A stretch of 63,520 nt of DNA, the filler included, from Basidiobolus ranarum (Eukaryota), in the NCBI GenBank assembly GCA_040143965.1. It is 9 parts of 9 records of this genome, joined end to end, with 100 filler letters (N's around TTAATTAATTAA, not from the genome) between each part and the next. Parts side by side here need not be neighbours in the genome. Positions count along the whole stretch, not along the records: positions 7,084 to 14,060 come from JASJQH010008074.1; positions 14,161 to 21,131 come from JASJQH010008075.1; positions 21,232 to 28,199 come from JASJQH010008076.1; 6 more parts are not named here. One strand, written 5' to 3'. Shown here piece after piece: positions 12,931 through 23,946 of this stretch. The notes beneath the pieces are model-generated. The model was not told the DNA's origin, ran no database searches, and saw nothing but the letters and a program-made list of their open reading frames with translations. Each line of letters opens with the position of its first letter. The stretch's first letter is position 1. A program made the position numbers and the translations under genes.

Positions 12931-14060
12931 AGGTTTCAGGGCCTAGTAATGGCTCTAGCATCAAGAACTGAAAATTACCCTTAAAAGCATGTGTTTGGCA
13001 GACCTCTGGTTGAATATTTAGGCAAATCAGGATAATATCAAAAAAATGAACAAAATGTTACTATAGGCTATGGGAAACCTTCCTATAAAGGTCAAAAGCA
13101 CTTTGAGGAGACAAGTAACATATCTTGTGCTTACTGTAAAAGATCTGGCCCTATGAGCAAAGATTGCTCAAAAAGAATTGCAAAAGAAGAATAACATATT
13201 GAATCTGGAAATGAGGCTACACACAGGATCCCTTGTCCTTACCTGCAAAGATTCTCAGACATTGTACATTAATTCTGGAACCTTTGAACATTTCACAAAT
13301 GAAACAGGCTGGTTTGTTCATTATGTAGAAATCCCAATTAGAAGGGTTTTCATGTGAGATGACTACACTTCGGATGCCTTCAGAATGGGAACAATTCAAG
13401 TCAATTTAACTAGAGCTATTGAAGTGAAAGTGTGTACTTTAAAGGATGTACTGCATGTTCCAGATATTGCCAAGAACTTAATGTCTGTGTGTAAGGCCTC
13501 TTCCTAAGGGCAAAAATTCAGTTTTGATAAGTCAGGATGCATCATCACTGATCAAATTGGGAATTAGTTAATTTTGAGAGAAAAGGATCAGAACTTATAC
13601 AAACTTACATATAATCTTACATATTATTCAAAATGTTTATGTGCAAATATAAGTCCTTCCAATCAAGAAACTATTTGATTTTGGCAAAAGAGATTTTGTC
13701 ACATTGGATTTGTTTACCTGAGAAAAAAGATCAAAAATGTCCTCATTTCTGGAATTCAAACTAACCCCCAACCAAAATGGAAATTTGTGAGGGTTGAATA
13801 TATTGAAATGAGGTAAATAGCAGCTCATTAATTAGTAGCTAGTTTATTCATATTCAGAGAAGTTGGCACTCAATTCTGCAATTCAAAAACATTGTTTATT
13901 GCTCTAATTGAAAGAAACATCCATCAGATCACTTTTGCCAATTTTCACTTTTTCTCAAAACTTCTCTAAACCATCTTAAATTTTCATCCATGGTTAACAG
14001 GCTTGTTTGTTATGATCTAAGCACATATAATGGTTCTATATCATAGTAAACTGTTGATAG
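12931..14060 (+). mobile_element. Second, heavily deleted Copia remnant plus partial LTR
   Basis: PBS-like GGTTTCAGGGCC, gag knuckle CAYCKRSGPMSKDC, DVLHVPDIAKNLMSV, WQKRFCHIG and ICEG, then a diverged LTR copy from 13801 to the contig end. Confidence 0.8.
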
Positions 14061-14160
14061 NNNNNNNNNNNNNNNNNNNNNNNNNNNNNNNNNNNNNNNN
14101 NNNNTTAATTAATTAANNNNNNNNNNNNNNNNNNNNNNNNNNNNNNNNNNNNNNNNNNNN
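14061..14160. other. Artificial contig linker
   Basis: N-TTAATTAATTAA-N. Confidence 0.99.
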
Positions 14161-14343
14161 CAAAGTTTGGAGCTTCTAGTACAAGTTTGAAAAATCTATA
14201 TATCTGAGAACTTCTAAGTTGGTAAAAATACTGTAAGTAAATTCTGATTGAGAATAATGGGTAATATCTTAGTGAAATATAAGATAACTAAGTACCAAGC
14301 TATCTATGACTATACAGGTGCTTAGGCAAAGCTAATTTCAACA
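14161..14343 (-). repeat. Partial LTR of a second Copia family
   Basis: Closely similar to 21510-21689. Ends ..GCTAATTTCAACA, i.e. TGTTGAAATTAGC on the minus strand. Confidence 0.85.
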
Positions 14344-14861
14344 GTTAGAGCACATGTTAGATTTGGCGAAACACATATGAAACACTTAAGTTTGGAGCAT
14401 ACAGATAGTACAAGCTTATGCAACCTATGTTAGTGCTTAACAGTGAGTGATGAAAGTAAGTTTGGACTTGAAATTTTGAAATCAACTCAAGTAACTCCAG
14501 AGAAGCATTCGTTTGCTTACAAAATATGGCTGCAACTTTAATAGTTCACATTCCCGTTGATAAATGCATTTACTTGATATATTGAGATTTAGTTTCTCGA
14601 TCAAATAAAATGATCCAAAGTGACAGGCCCATTGAATACAATATTAATTGATGATAGGCTGAAAAATCATTAATACTTTGACTTGATATTACCACAATGA
14701 TTGATTTTGTTATTTAATTAAGTTGTTACTACGCAGGATATTGAAATGGGAAATATTTATAAGAGGGAAAATTATAAATGTAAACTTAAATTTGTATAGT
14801 TCTGGTTAAAATAAGGCGAATTATATGTTGGAATCGATCTACATTCCTTCCTAATTAGAAT

Positions 14862-16028
14862 TCAAGGTCTATGATTGATTACCCATTTTAGACGTTCAAT
14901 TTCTTGTTCTCGATCTCGAATCTCGGATTGCAAATAATGAATATGATCTACAGCTGTAGTTGGAAACAGGAATTAGAATCTTAAATATCGATCAGATGCG
15001 AAGGGTATAAATTTACCCTGCTTTATCAAAACTAGCTTGTTGGATCTGGAGTGTACAGCTCGCGGGATTAACATTCCTAACTCGGCTAAACTTGACTTGA
15101 AATCGTCTCGACGGCGTTGTTCAGCTGTTCGGTGATGCATTTTTCTCAAGTGCAAAGCATCAGGTCTAGATAAAGTGTCAGGTTAGTGAAAGTTCAAAAG
15201 AGACAACAGAGTAGTTCCTTACTTTGAACTCTCCTGTGATACTTCAGTCGCGGTACGGCCTGAGATAGATAATCAACGTCAACATACGATTAGTTTATCT
15301 TCAGTGGAAGAGATAAAATTGATTTCTACCTTCTGGTAGCAACGGATATGCTCCTGGGGGTTCTTCTACATGTTTGGTGGACGGCACACAAGGCCCAGTT
15401 TCATGTGTACTTTTCGTCTGACATAAAAAAGGATAGAGTACTTCGTTAGGAGGCCAGACTTCTGAATCACTTAATTTTCTGTGAGAAAAATGAGCTAGAA
15501 TCATTTATGATGTGAGTACAACAGGTATGTAGTAGCTAATGTGTTATCAGTACCTTGTTCTGCATATTCGCCGAGCACAGCTTCATTACTCAACATCATC
15601 ATGCCGTAGTTGTCTGAAACTGAGGTTCCGCTGGAATCTTCTGTAGATGCACTGGGACTACTGTGATATAAGCCTCGGGAAAAGGGGATATTTTGTGTAT
15701 GATACTCCTCGGGGGCGGTCTCCATAGTGCTGTATCTGTTAGATAATGATTGCTTTTGGAAGTTCAAATTGTGAGCTGGCCACGGATTCTGACCGGGAAG
15801 TGGACCAGGTACAGTACAAGGATATGTAAATGGCCTCTTAATAGGAAGATCTGTCGGATATTGAGCTATGGATGAGTGATGAGAACGGAACGATGTATCG
15901 GAAAGAGAAGTGTAGCGGTTATTCGTAGTTGAAAAAGCCATAGCTAGGTCCTGTTGACTTTTAACAGAAACACTTTCCGATTGTGACCGTCCAGAGTTTC
16001 GCGCAAGGAGTGTAGAGTTGTGAGACAT
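14862..16028 (-). CDS. bHLH(-ZIP) transcription factor, multi-exon
   Basis: Ser/Pro-rich N-terminus, then HRTAEQRRRDDFKSSLAELGMLIP..SNKLVLIKQ|AVDHIHYLQSEIRDREQEIERLK (H-E-R basic region, helix 2, zipper). Internal exon boundaries are approximate. Confidence 0.85.
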
Positions 16029-18177
16029 AGATCGAAGATTAAATTTCAATACAGAATCAACGGCCTATTTATCAGTGCTGAAAAATAGGATTCTACAAAA
16101 TAATCCACGTAGACGAGCAAATCTATATTGCACTCTAATGACTTGTGGATCATAATTGGGATGAGATAGTTGCATAGCTCCAATGGGCTTCCCAGCTTTT
16201 GATTATCGGTTATGCACCGTCACATGCCAAAGAAGATCAATACCTGAGAACCTGTTAGATTAGATAGATTAGTTACAACAATGATTTGCGACTTGTACCA
16301 AAGTTGATGGATTTTCTTCCTATATTTATCTCCTTGAGCAATGGGCACGCTTAGAATTCATCCGAAGCGGGGGAGATTGATACTAAAGATATGTACTTGA
16401 TACTGAACAGACGAAGCAAGCCAAGACTACGCTAGCCCAGTTGCCAATATCCTTTGATGTTACTGCTTTATGGCCCATGTCCAGGAGAGAATGAAAGCCC
16501 GATTTCTACTGGCTTGGTGTTGGAGAGTTAATTAATTTGGGACAGCCTGTTAACGTTAAAGGTTTTCCGAGTTAAAATCATTCACTGTTGCATGTTCGAG
16601 AATACTCTTTCAGAATTAGGATTGCTCATTCTGTCGATGCCGGAAATCAAATAGATTTGTACACAGAGACCCTGTGTGAAACAAAAGTTGTTCGACCTGG
16701 TCCTGCTGATCCAATTGCTATCATCTTGTACAGCTCAAACAAGCCGACTAACAGAAATGCACCACTTTACACTGTTTTTGCTGAGTCATTCGGAGTACCG
16801 GTAAGTGTTTGAAGCCACTTCATTGGAATGCCTTCCAATTCCAATTCATCTGCACGTAGCAATTGTTTCTAAGGTCGGGTTCACAAATTCCATACTAAAT
16901 AGAGTTAGCTTTGTAGGGACATTGCACCAGGTGGTAAGTTGAGTATTTGTTTAACATGATGGCATTGGGGTCAACTTTGACTCAGATTGATTTGATGCCA
17001 CGTCTCAAGAGCGACCAAGAATATTTACTATGGAGGACGACAACCGTCCGTGATAACTGGGACACTGTGGATCACGTTACCTTGGAAAAGAAGAATCTGA
17101 TCGAACCCCTAGAATAGTTAAAGGTTTGCATAGAGGAATAGTGATTGGCCCAACCTCAATGCTCATATGTGCCGATGTTAAATGATGTCATAAAGGCTTG
17201 TGACAGATTTGAGGGTTCAGTATGTGATTGGCCAGCACTCCAAAAATACTATCGCAAGCAAGTGATATAATTACGAACCAAACATTGGCCTGTATGGAGA
17301 GCAACAGGATTCCTAGTAGTTACCAATAGTACTAGCGCTCACCGTGAAGCAGGTATAGGATGTACCTACACATATTTGTTAAAATGACTTGGTGGTCAAC
17401 TCATGATCCAAATAATGTACGACAGTCAAATCAAAGACAACCTATAAGATATCTTTAAGCATTTGCTTTCAGCATGCCTAACATGACTGTTTCTAATAAA
17501 GTTTGCTACACGAAGGTTTCTCTTGTTGAGCTTTCGTGATACTTTTGCCATATTAACCTAGTGTTTCATACACAATCCAATCCCAAAAAAGAGTGCATCT
17601 AGAGTAGGGCATCCTCAAGTAACATGATTTTAGTTCACTTTCCTACCATGTGCTCTACGGATTATCCTTCTTTACCGAAAACTTGCCCAGAAAGATATTT
17701 TCGGAAAAGGGTTTCAATCCGAAGAAGTTCTACCATGTAGATATCAATTGGTCCAAGGGATCTCTGAATATTAACCAGTCAGCTGGCTTTCGTATTTTGA
17801 GGCATCTATAGTTACCGATAGAATACAATTCCGATAACATTTCAAAATGATTGCGGGATGTCTTTCAACGATGGCGTCATAAAGTAGCGCTTACTATTTT
17901 CATTTTCCGAAGGTTGTTAATGTCATTAAGATACTTGATAACAGCATCCTCAAGAATTAGACATTTATTTCAACAGATAAACTGACTTTAAAAAGTCGAT
18001 GTGCTCACAAGTATTGCGATGTATGAAAGAGCCAATACATACATATTCCAACAAGAAGCTAGTGTTTTCAATAGTGGTTTTTTTTCACGAACCCGGGAAT
18101 CGTTTTCGAGAGCATCATCTGTCTCGGCAATTTTGAGAGCGGTTAAACAGGATGATGATGTTCCTACTTCCGAGCGA

Positions 18178-18444
18178 CTAATTTAACTTAGGGTCATGGT
18201 TGGGATTACTGTTATTGGAATACTCGGAGTACTTCGACTCCGGGGAGTTTTGTTTCGTGAATAATGACCTTGATTCCTGAACAAAGTTTGGTAAAGCGCT
18301 TCTTGGAAGTTGGTGTGACACTTCAGGTTGAACAGTTTCAACATAACTTAAAGACCCTCCACCAGTCTCAGGTAGTTCCAAAGACCCGCTAAAAGATGAA
18401 CGGCGTAATTGTGATTGATTGGAATAATGCTTGCTGTCAGACAT
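18178..18444 (-). CDS. Ser-rich hypothetical ORF (possible gene fragment or pseudogene)
   Basis: MSDSKHYSNQSQLRRSSFSGSLELP.. has coding-like composition and seems to continue in another frame after the stop. No recognisable domain. Confidence 0.3.
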   Translation of the reverse strand: MSDSKHYSNQSQLRRSSFSGSLELPETGGGSLSYVETVQPEVSHQLPRSALPNFVQESRSLFTKQNSPESKYSEYSNNSNPNHDPKLN

Positions 18445-18785
18445 AATTTGTATGAGAGAAATATACTTTGCAGGAGCCACAAGTTTCGTATATAAAGGAT
18501 TCTTTCCTTTAATCATTGGTAGGTTTGGCCTAAAACCAATTACCTAATTTTGCCACATCACCCGTATACTTGTTCTAACGATATCATTGGTCATGTGTTT
18601 GTATGTCCACGCTTATTTCAACTAGTCGATGTCTGTTGGCCCACTTATAACTTTATTAGTAGAAATCGATGCAATGGACTAAAATAAGAGCGCATACGTA
18701 TATCATAAGTGCATGTGTTCTAGTAGTTTAACCGGTGACACTTTCATTTACATCATAAAGTGAATCAAGAATATCACCAATGTAA

Positions 18786-21131
18786 TCATTGAATTTTGGA
18801 GTTACCTTTTTCACCGCGATCAAGTAGGAAGCTCCGAAGGAAACTTTTCAAATCCACTGTTATGTCCGCGTATGTTTGGGTTTTTAATATGGATGCAATA
18901 TAGAGGTCAGGCCTCACTAGTACTAGCATCATTTCACCCGGTTTACACCCTACATAGGAGTGAAGTTGCCCCGAAGGCTCCACGCCAACCTGACAGTTTG
19001 GACAAGTAATCGAGAACTCTTCCATTTCAGCATACTCCACAGCACTCGGTAAAGCAATCACCATAGGTCGTATGACTTCAGAAAAGCAACTGATGACTTC
19101 AAGAAAATCCATGAACACTACGTTTTTCTTTGGCAATATACTGTGAGTTGACGTAAGAAGCAGCAAAACGAAGCTGACGTTTTCGGCCATCTTCGAGTAT
19201 AGAGTGAATGTGTCTTTTCCAGGGTGTATCTTTAAGGACCTCAACGTTGTATCTGGTAAATGATAGCCAGGATATACTCTGAGTGGATTCAAACTTGAGG
19301 TCGGCCAGGGATATTTTGTTTCGAAGTAGTCTACAAATCTATCTGAATATTCTGGCAGATATTTAATGATCGGTGACTGGTCGTAATGGATGTTGGTTTG
19401 AAGAACTTCATCTTGAATCAATTGACTGAAGAGTTGTATATTCGACATCTTAGATACTAGGTAGGTCCTAATCGTGTCTAACATGTTTCCCTGCGTCGCA
19501 AGCAAACTGTTTACATAAACAGTTTTCCAAATAGCTGCAGCAGCAATCGGCTCTCGTTCTGCTGAGTAAGAGTCGAGAATCTTTTCATAGTTTGAGGACT
19601 GTTTGGTCAAAACCAGAAACAATTTCCAAGCCAGATTATGCGCATCTTGAATACCTATATAAAACTATGGCTTAATGACTGTCTTCAATATTGGCTCATA
19701 TTCTTGTCTACCTAAGTCATGACCAAACCCTGAGGTTGGTGAATGAGAGTGCGCTGCGTCTATGGTTTTAAAACTATTTAGAGATCCATTGTGATGCGCT
19801 ACTCGCTTTTCCTAGCATATCATACCTCCGCATAGAAAAGCCCGGCCTCTTCTAAATCCGTTTGCTTGGCCTTCCATAGGACTAAAATAGCTCATCCATG
19901 TAGCTGTCTCTACAGTGACCTTGGCGGAAGAAGCTCGCACTTTGATGGCACTCTCGAGCTCGGTGAATGGTAGCATGCTGAATTTGGGATTCATTTGCTT
20001 CTCCGAAGAAGTCGATAGTGTCTTACCAGTAGGAGTATCTTCCCCATGTAGCTGTACTTTCTTATAATCTATATCCTGGATATTGGCAACTACACGGAAG
20101 CGTCGATTGTGAGATTGAAAGGGATAAAATGATAATAGTCCTGATAGACAGCGTTAAAATGCTAAAATTAAAGCAATATTAAGTTATGCAAATCACATGC
20201 CTTCATTGTGAAGAAAGAAGGTAACTTCTTCATCGCTAATGTCAGTGCTATTTATAGTCATGTCACCTAATACCCATAATCCTATACTGGAATTGGCTAA
20301 ACCCCAGTTAGTTCAATTATTAGTATCATGATTATTCATCAATGTATTATCTATTATGGGATACCCTCGTAACCCCAATCACTATGATAGCCCATTCTGA
20401 CAGCAGAGTCAACATCGTCACATCCAATGATATATTGGCACTCGACCGTTTCCAAGACATCATTAGCATGTCGTAAAAAAGCAGTTACTCCATCTTTAGT
20501 TTCACTGTAGTTAACCAGAGTAGTTGAGTATTCGACAATTGATTCACGTTTAAGTTGCTTTTCCAACTCCTGTTCCAAAGTTTTGGCCACTTCATTCTCC
20601 GACAAAAGTAAGATGAACGGAAAGGGAGTATCAGAACCAAAAATTGGGAACGAACCGACCTGAATATAGATACAAGATTAACATTCCATGAGCATCTAAG
20701 TATAGGTTGGACAATTTGAGACTTTCACAAACCTTGGTGCCTTCGTGATTCAGGGTGTAAGAATTTAAGGGCCGACCTTTCTTCAGAAACGACTCCAACA
20801 TATTTCTTTACATCAATGAGTGTTCTGGCCATGGTCTTGATCAAGTACTAAGACATCCATACCTGTTATTAAGAATTTCTAGAGTCCGAGCTGAAAGCCC
20901 CATGCCTTTGGCGAAGGGGAAAGCACTCCTAGAGGAGTCAATGATTCGGAACGAAATCATGAATGAGGCCAGTTCATTTGCTAAAAACAAGCCAGTACTT
21001 CCTAGAGAAAAAGCGAAAATTAATGCATATATCAAGCATCTAGAGTATCCTGCCGCTAATTACCAGCCCCTACTATCAACACCTCTACCTTAGCTACCGA
21101 TGGAATATATCGAGATTTCCTAAACCTATGG
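18786..21131 (-). CDS. FAD-dependent aromatic monooxygenase (FAD_binding_3 / phenol hydroxylase-like), 5'-truncated, multi-exon
   Basis: VEVLIVGAG|STGLFLA; GLSARTLEIL; YIIGCDDVDSAVR; RAFLCG|DAAHSHSPTSGFGHDL|GIQDAHNLAWKL; C-terminal LVRPDLYIA. Confidence 0.9.
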
Positions 21132-21231
21132 NNNNNNNNNNNNNNNNNNNNNNNNNNNNNNNNNNNNNNNNNNNNTTAATTAATTAANNNNNNNNNNNNN
21201 NNNNNNNNNNNNNNNNNNNNNNNNNNNNNNN
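21132..21231. other. Artificial contig linker
   Basis: N-TTAATTAATTAA-N. Confidence 0.99.
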
Positions 21232-21689
21232 ATTTTAATTTTCCAAACTTGATAATTGGTTCCATCCAATTTTTCAGAAGAGGGAAAAGTTCCATATATT
21301 TGAGAAGTAGACATTACAGAGAGTGCAAGCTTGGGGCTCATAGCCTGTTAAAGTATCTGGGGGCCTGTTGGAAGCGGTTTGGATAATTAGAGGAATTGGT
21401 GGTTTTCACTTATTGATTTATTGAGTAGAAAATGACATTTATAGTTTTGTCAAGATGTACACAAACTAATGTGTAGAGTATGTTAAGGAAGGTCACAGGA
21501 ACATGTGTGCAAAGTTTGGGGCTTCTAGCACAAGTTTGAAAAATCTACATATCTGAGAACTAAGTTGGTGTCACTATTCTAAGTAAATTCCAATTGAGAA
21601 TAATTGATAATATCTTAGTGAGTTTTAAGATAACTAAGTACTAAGTTATATATGACTATATAGGTGCTTAGGCAATGCTAATTTCAACA
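21232..21689 (-). mobile_element. 5' end of a Copia element: LTR (21346-21689), PBS and gag start
   Basis: The minus strand reads TGTTGAAATT...TTTAACA, then GGCTATGAGCCCC (Copia-type PBS), then EKLDGTNYQVWKIK (Copia gag N-terminus) running off the contig. Confidence 0.9.
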
Positions 21690-22244
21690 TCAAAGTGAAT
21701 AAACAACAAATGTGAGAATATGATCCATGAGTATTCAGGTGCAGAAGTCTGAAATTTTAATAAATATGTATATATCTATGCAGGATATTAGAAAAAAAGT
21801 TTGGATATGTTTGTAGCATTAAAAGAAGATCGGCGAATTAGTTTGGAGAGCTTTGGATTGATTTAAGAATTTTGTCTTTTCCCAACATTTTAACATATAT
21901 CTAGCTATTTGTTACAACTAACACTATTTGATGATATGTGAAGGAGGATGAACAAAAAAATATTATCGTGCAGGGGATATATGTTTGGAGCAAATCACCC
22001 AGGTAAACGTGATACCGCTCGAACCACCAGTTAAAAGAATTTGAAGATAAATTTAACATTTAATGGCAGATGCGAAGATTAATTTCTTTACTATTTGTGT
22101 ATTTTATCCCATTCAGGAGTGGGTAAATATTCAACCAATGAAAACTTTGAAGAGAGAAAATTCCAAATGAATTAGAGTATAATTTTGTAAGAGTTAAGTT
22201 TTGGAACTCGAAAAATTTCTGTTGAAGAATATCTCTTTCAAGAG

Positions 22245-23528
22245 ATGTCTATACTAAAGGACAATCTCACAACAAAAGAGGAGGAAGATACGTACACTGC
22301 GTTTCACGAGTTAGAGAACAATGATCAGTACATGATTCAAAGACGGTTGCCTATGCGACCCAACATTTGTGTGATCTGTTTGACCTGTCTTACTTGTTCG
22401 GGAAAATATGGAAGTGAATTATGTACTTGCTCCCCTACTGAAATCCACTGGAACATTAAAAAGGAAGGATATCGAGTCGATTTTCGTCGAAAAAGCGTCT
22501 CCTCCAGTAACGAAAACTTTCTCACGTGGTTGCGTGCAAATCGCTCGGCAAGATTAATGTGGAGCGAACGTTATAAGGAAGTCAAGATATGTATGGGTTG
22601 TAACTCAGCTTGTTGGCGTTGGATGAAAAGTAAAGTGACTTAGCTTCTCTTGTTCTGAAGTCCAACCTACTAATCCAGTTTGAATATTTTTCCCAATCTC
22701 TTTCTTGTTATAGTGTATAAGGGTAGCAATCAAACTATTCAAAACTCTCCCAGTGATATGGCGAGAGTTGGTTCTAGGCTTTCCACTCCTTTCTCTTCCA
22801 GGCCAGGAATTGTCGAGGATGAAAAACCTATAATACAACCTGCCTGTGTTAGCAGACCCGAAAGCCTCCCTACTAGCCCCAAATCTCCACAGAGGATACA
22901 CACAGATGTGAAGAACGAGCTTCCTGTTCTACACACGCAGATCCCAACCACCTTCACCTCCCCTAAATCACCCTTATCAGCCATTCTCAACCTCACCGAT
23001 TCGCCTGAGTCGACTCGTGTTCCTTCACCAACTCAACGGGCGGTAGTAAACTCACCCAGATCTTCTGAACTAAATCATGAAATTGTTGCGAAAAAGAGTA
23101 GAAGGTGCTTCCAGCTTATATCGCGGAGAAAGAGAAGGATGAAGAAACACCCGTGATTAGTAGTGACACTTTTATGCGTCCAAGCAAAGGTAGTTTTTTT
23201 CTATATACATATTGATTTAGGAGTAAGTTAACTCATTACGATCACAGTAGAGGTATCGAAGACAGTGACTGTACGTTCAAGTAAGACTGTCTACAAAGAC
23301 AAGATCGCCATATCCCCTACAACCACATTCGAAAGTGTCCTGAAGTACGCGATACCTATAGCAGCGCCTGAAGGAAAGCGATTTGTTATGAAGAGCATGG
23401 ACAAAAAGCTAGAGTTTGTACCGGATGACTTTATTGCTGAAGCAATCCAAGGAGTGGATCATATTGAGATTTATGTCTATATTGAAAATATTCCTGATAT
23501 TCAACTTGATGATTTTGATATCGCGTAA
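22245..23528 (+). CDS. Hypothetical protein with Cys-rich N-terminal domain, Ser/Pro-rich linker and compact C-terminal domain
   Basis: Three consecutive ORFs separated by intron-like gaps (~22636-22720, ~23190-23250). CVICLTCLTC..CTC..CMGC motif. Exon joins are not fully resolved. Confidence 0.7.
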
Positions 23529-23946
23529 TTGATTCCTATGGCGCTCACTTAAATGCGTACTTTCAGTTAAACTGTATATTACCATATTCCATCATAATCT
23601 GCTGCCTAATTGTAAGAGTTGGTCTTGTTTCAAATGTATATAATCCCCGGCTTTTATTTTCTCTACTCTCTACCTTTATCATCTAAATTCGTTCATATCG
23701 AGTTTGGTTCCGAAACCTTGTCCCCCTTTTTAATGCTAATTACTATAGGAATCTTTGTTCCTTTAATAAATCGAGTTCAATTTTTATTAGAAAATGCAAG
23801 AAGCTCAATGGATAAGGCAGAGCATTAAACCTCTTCCTTATGTTTTGTAGCAGATTGGCTTTAAGCAAAGGAACACGGAAAACGGAAAGATATATAATAA
23901 AGACTGATTTACAACTATGCAATGATGGCCTAATGTTCTAGAATAG

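Noticed and set aside
16100..17950. Long non-coding stretch upstream of the bHLH gene as ncRNA or viral relic
   Set aside because: No recognisable motifs, repeats or structure; most simply an extended promoter region.
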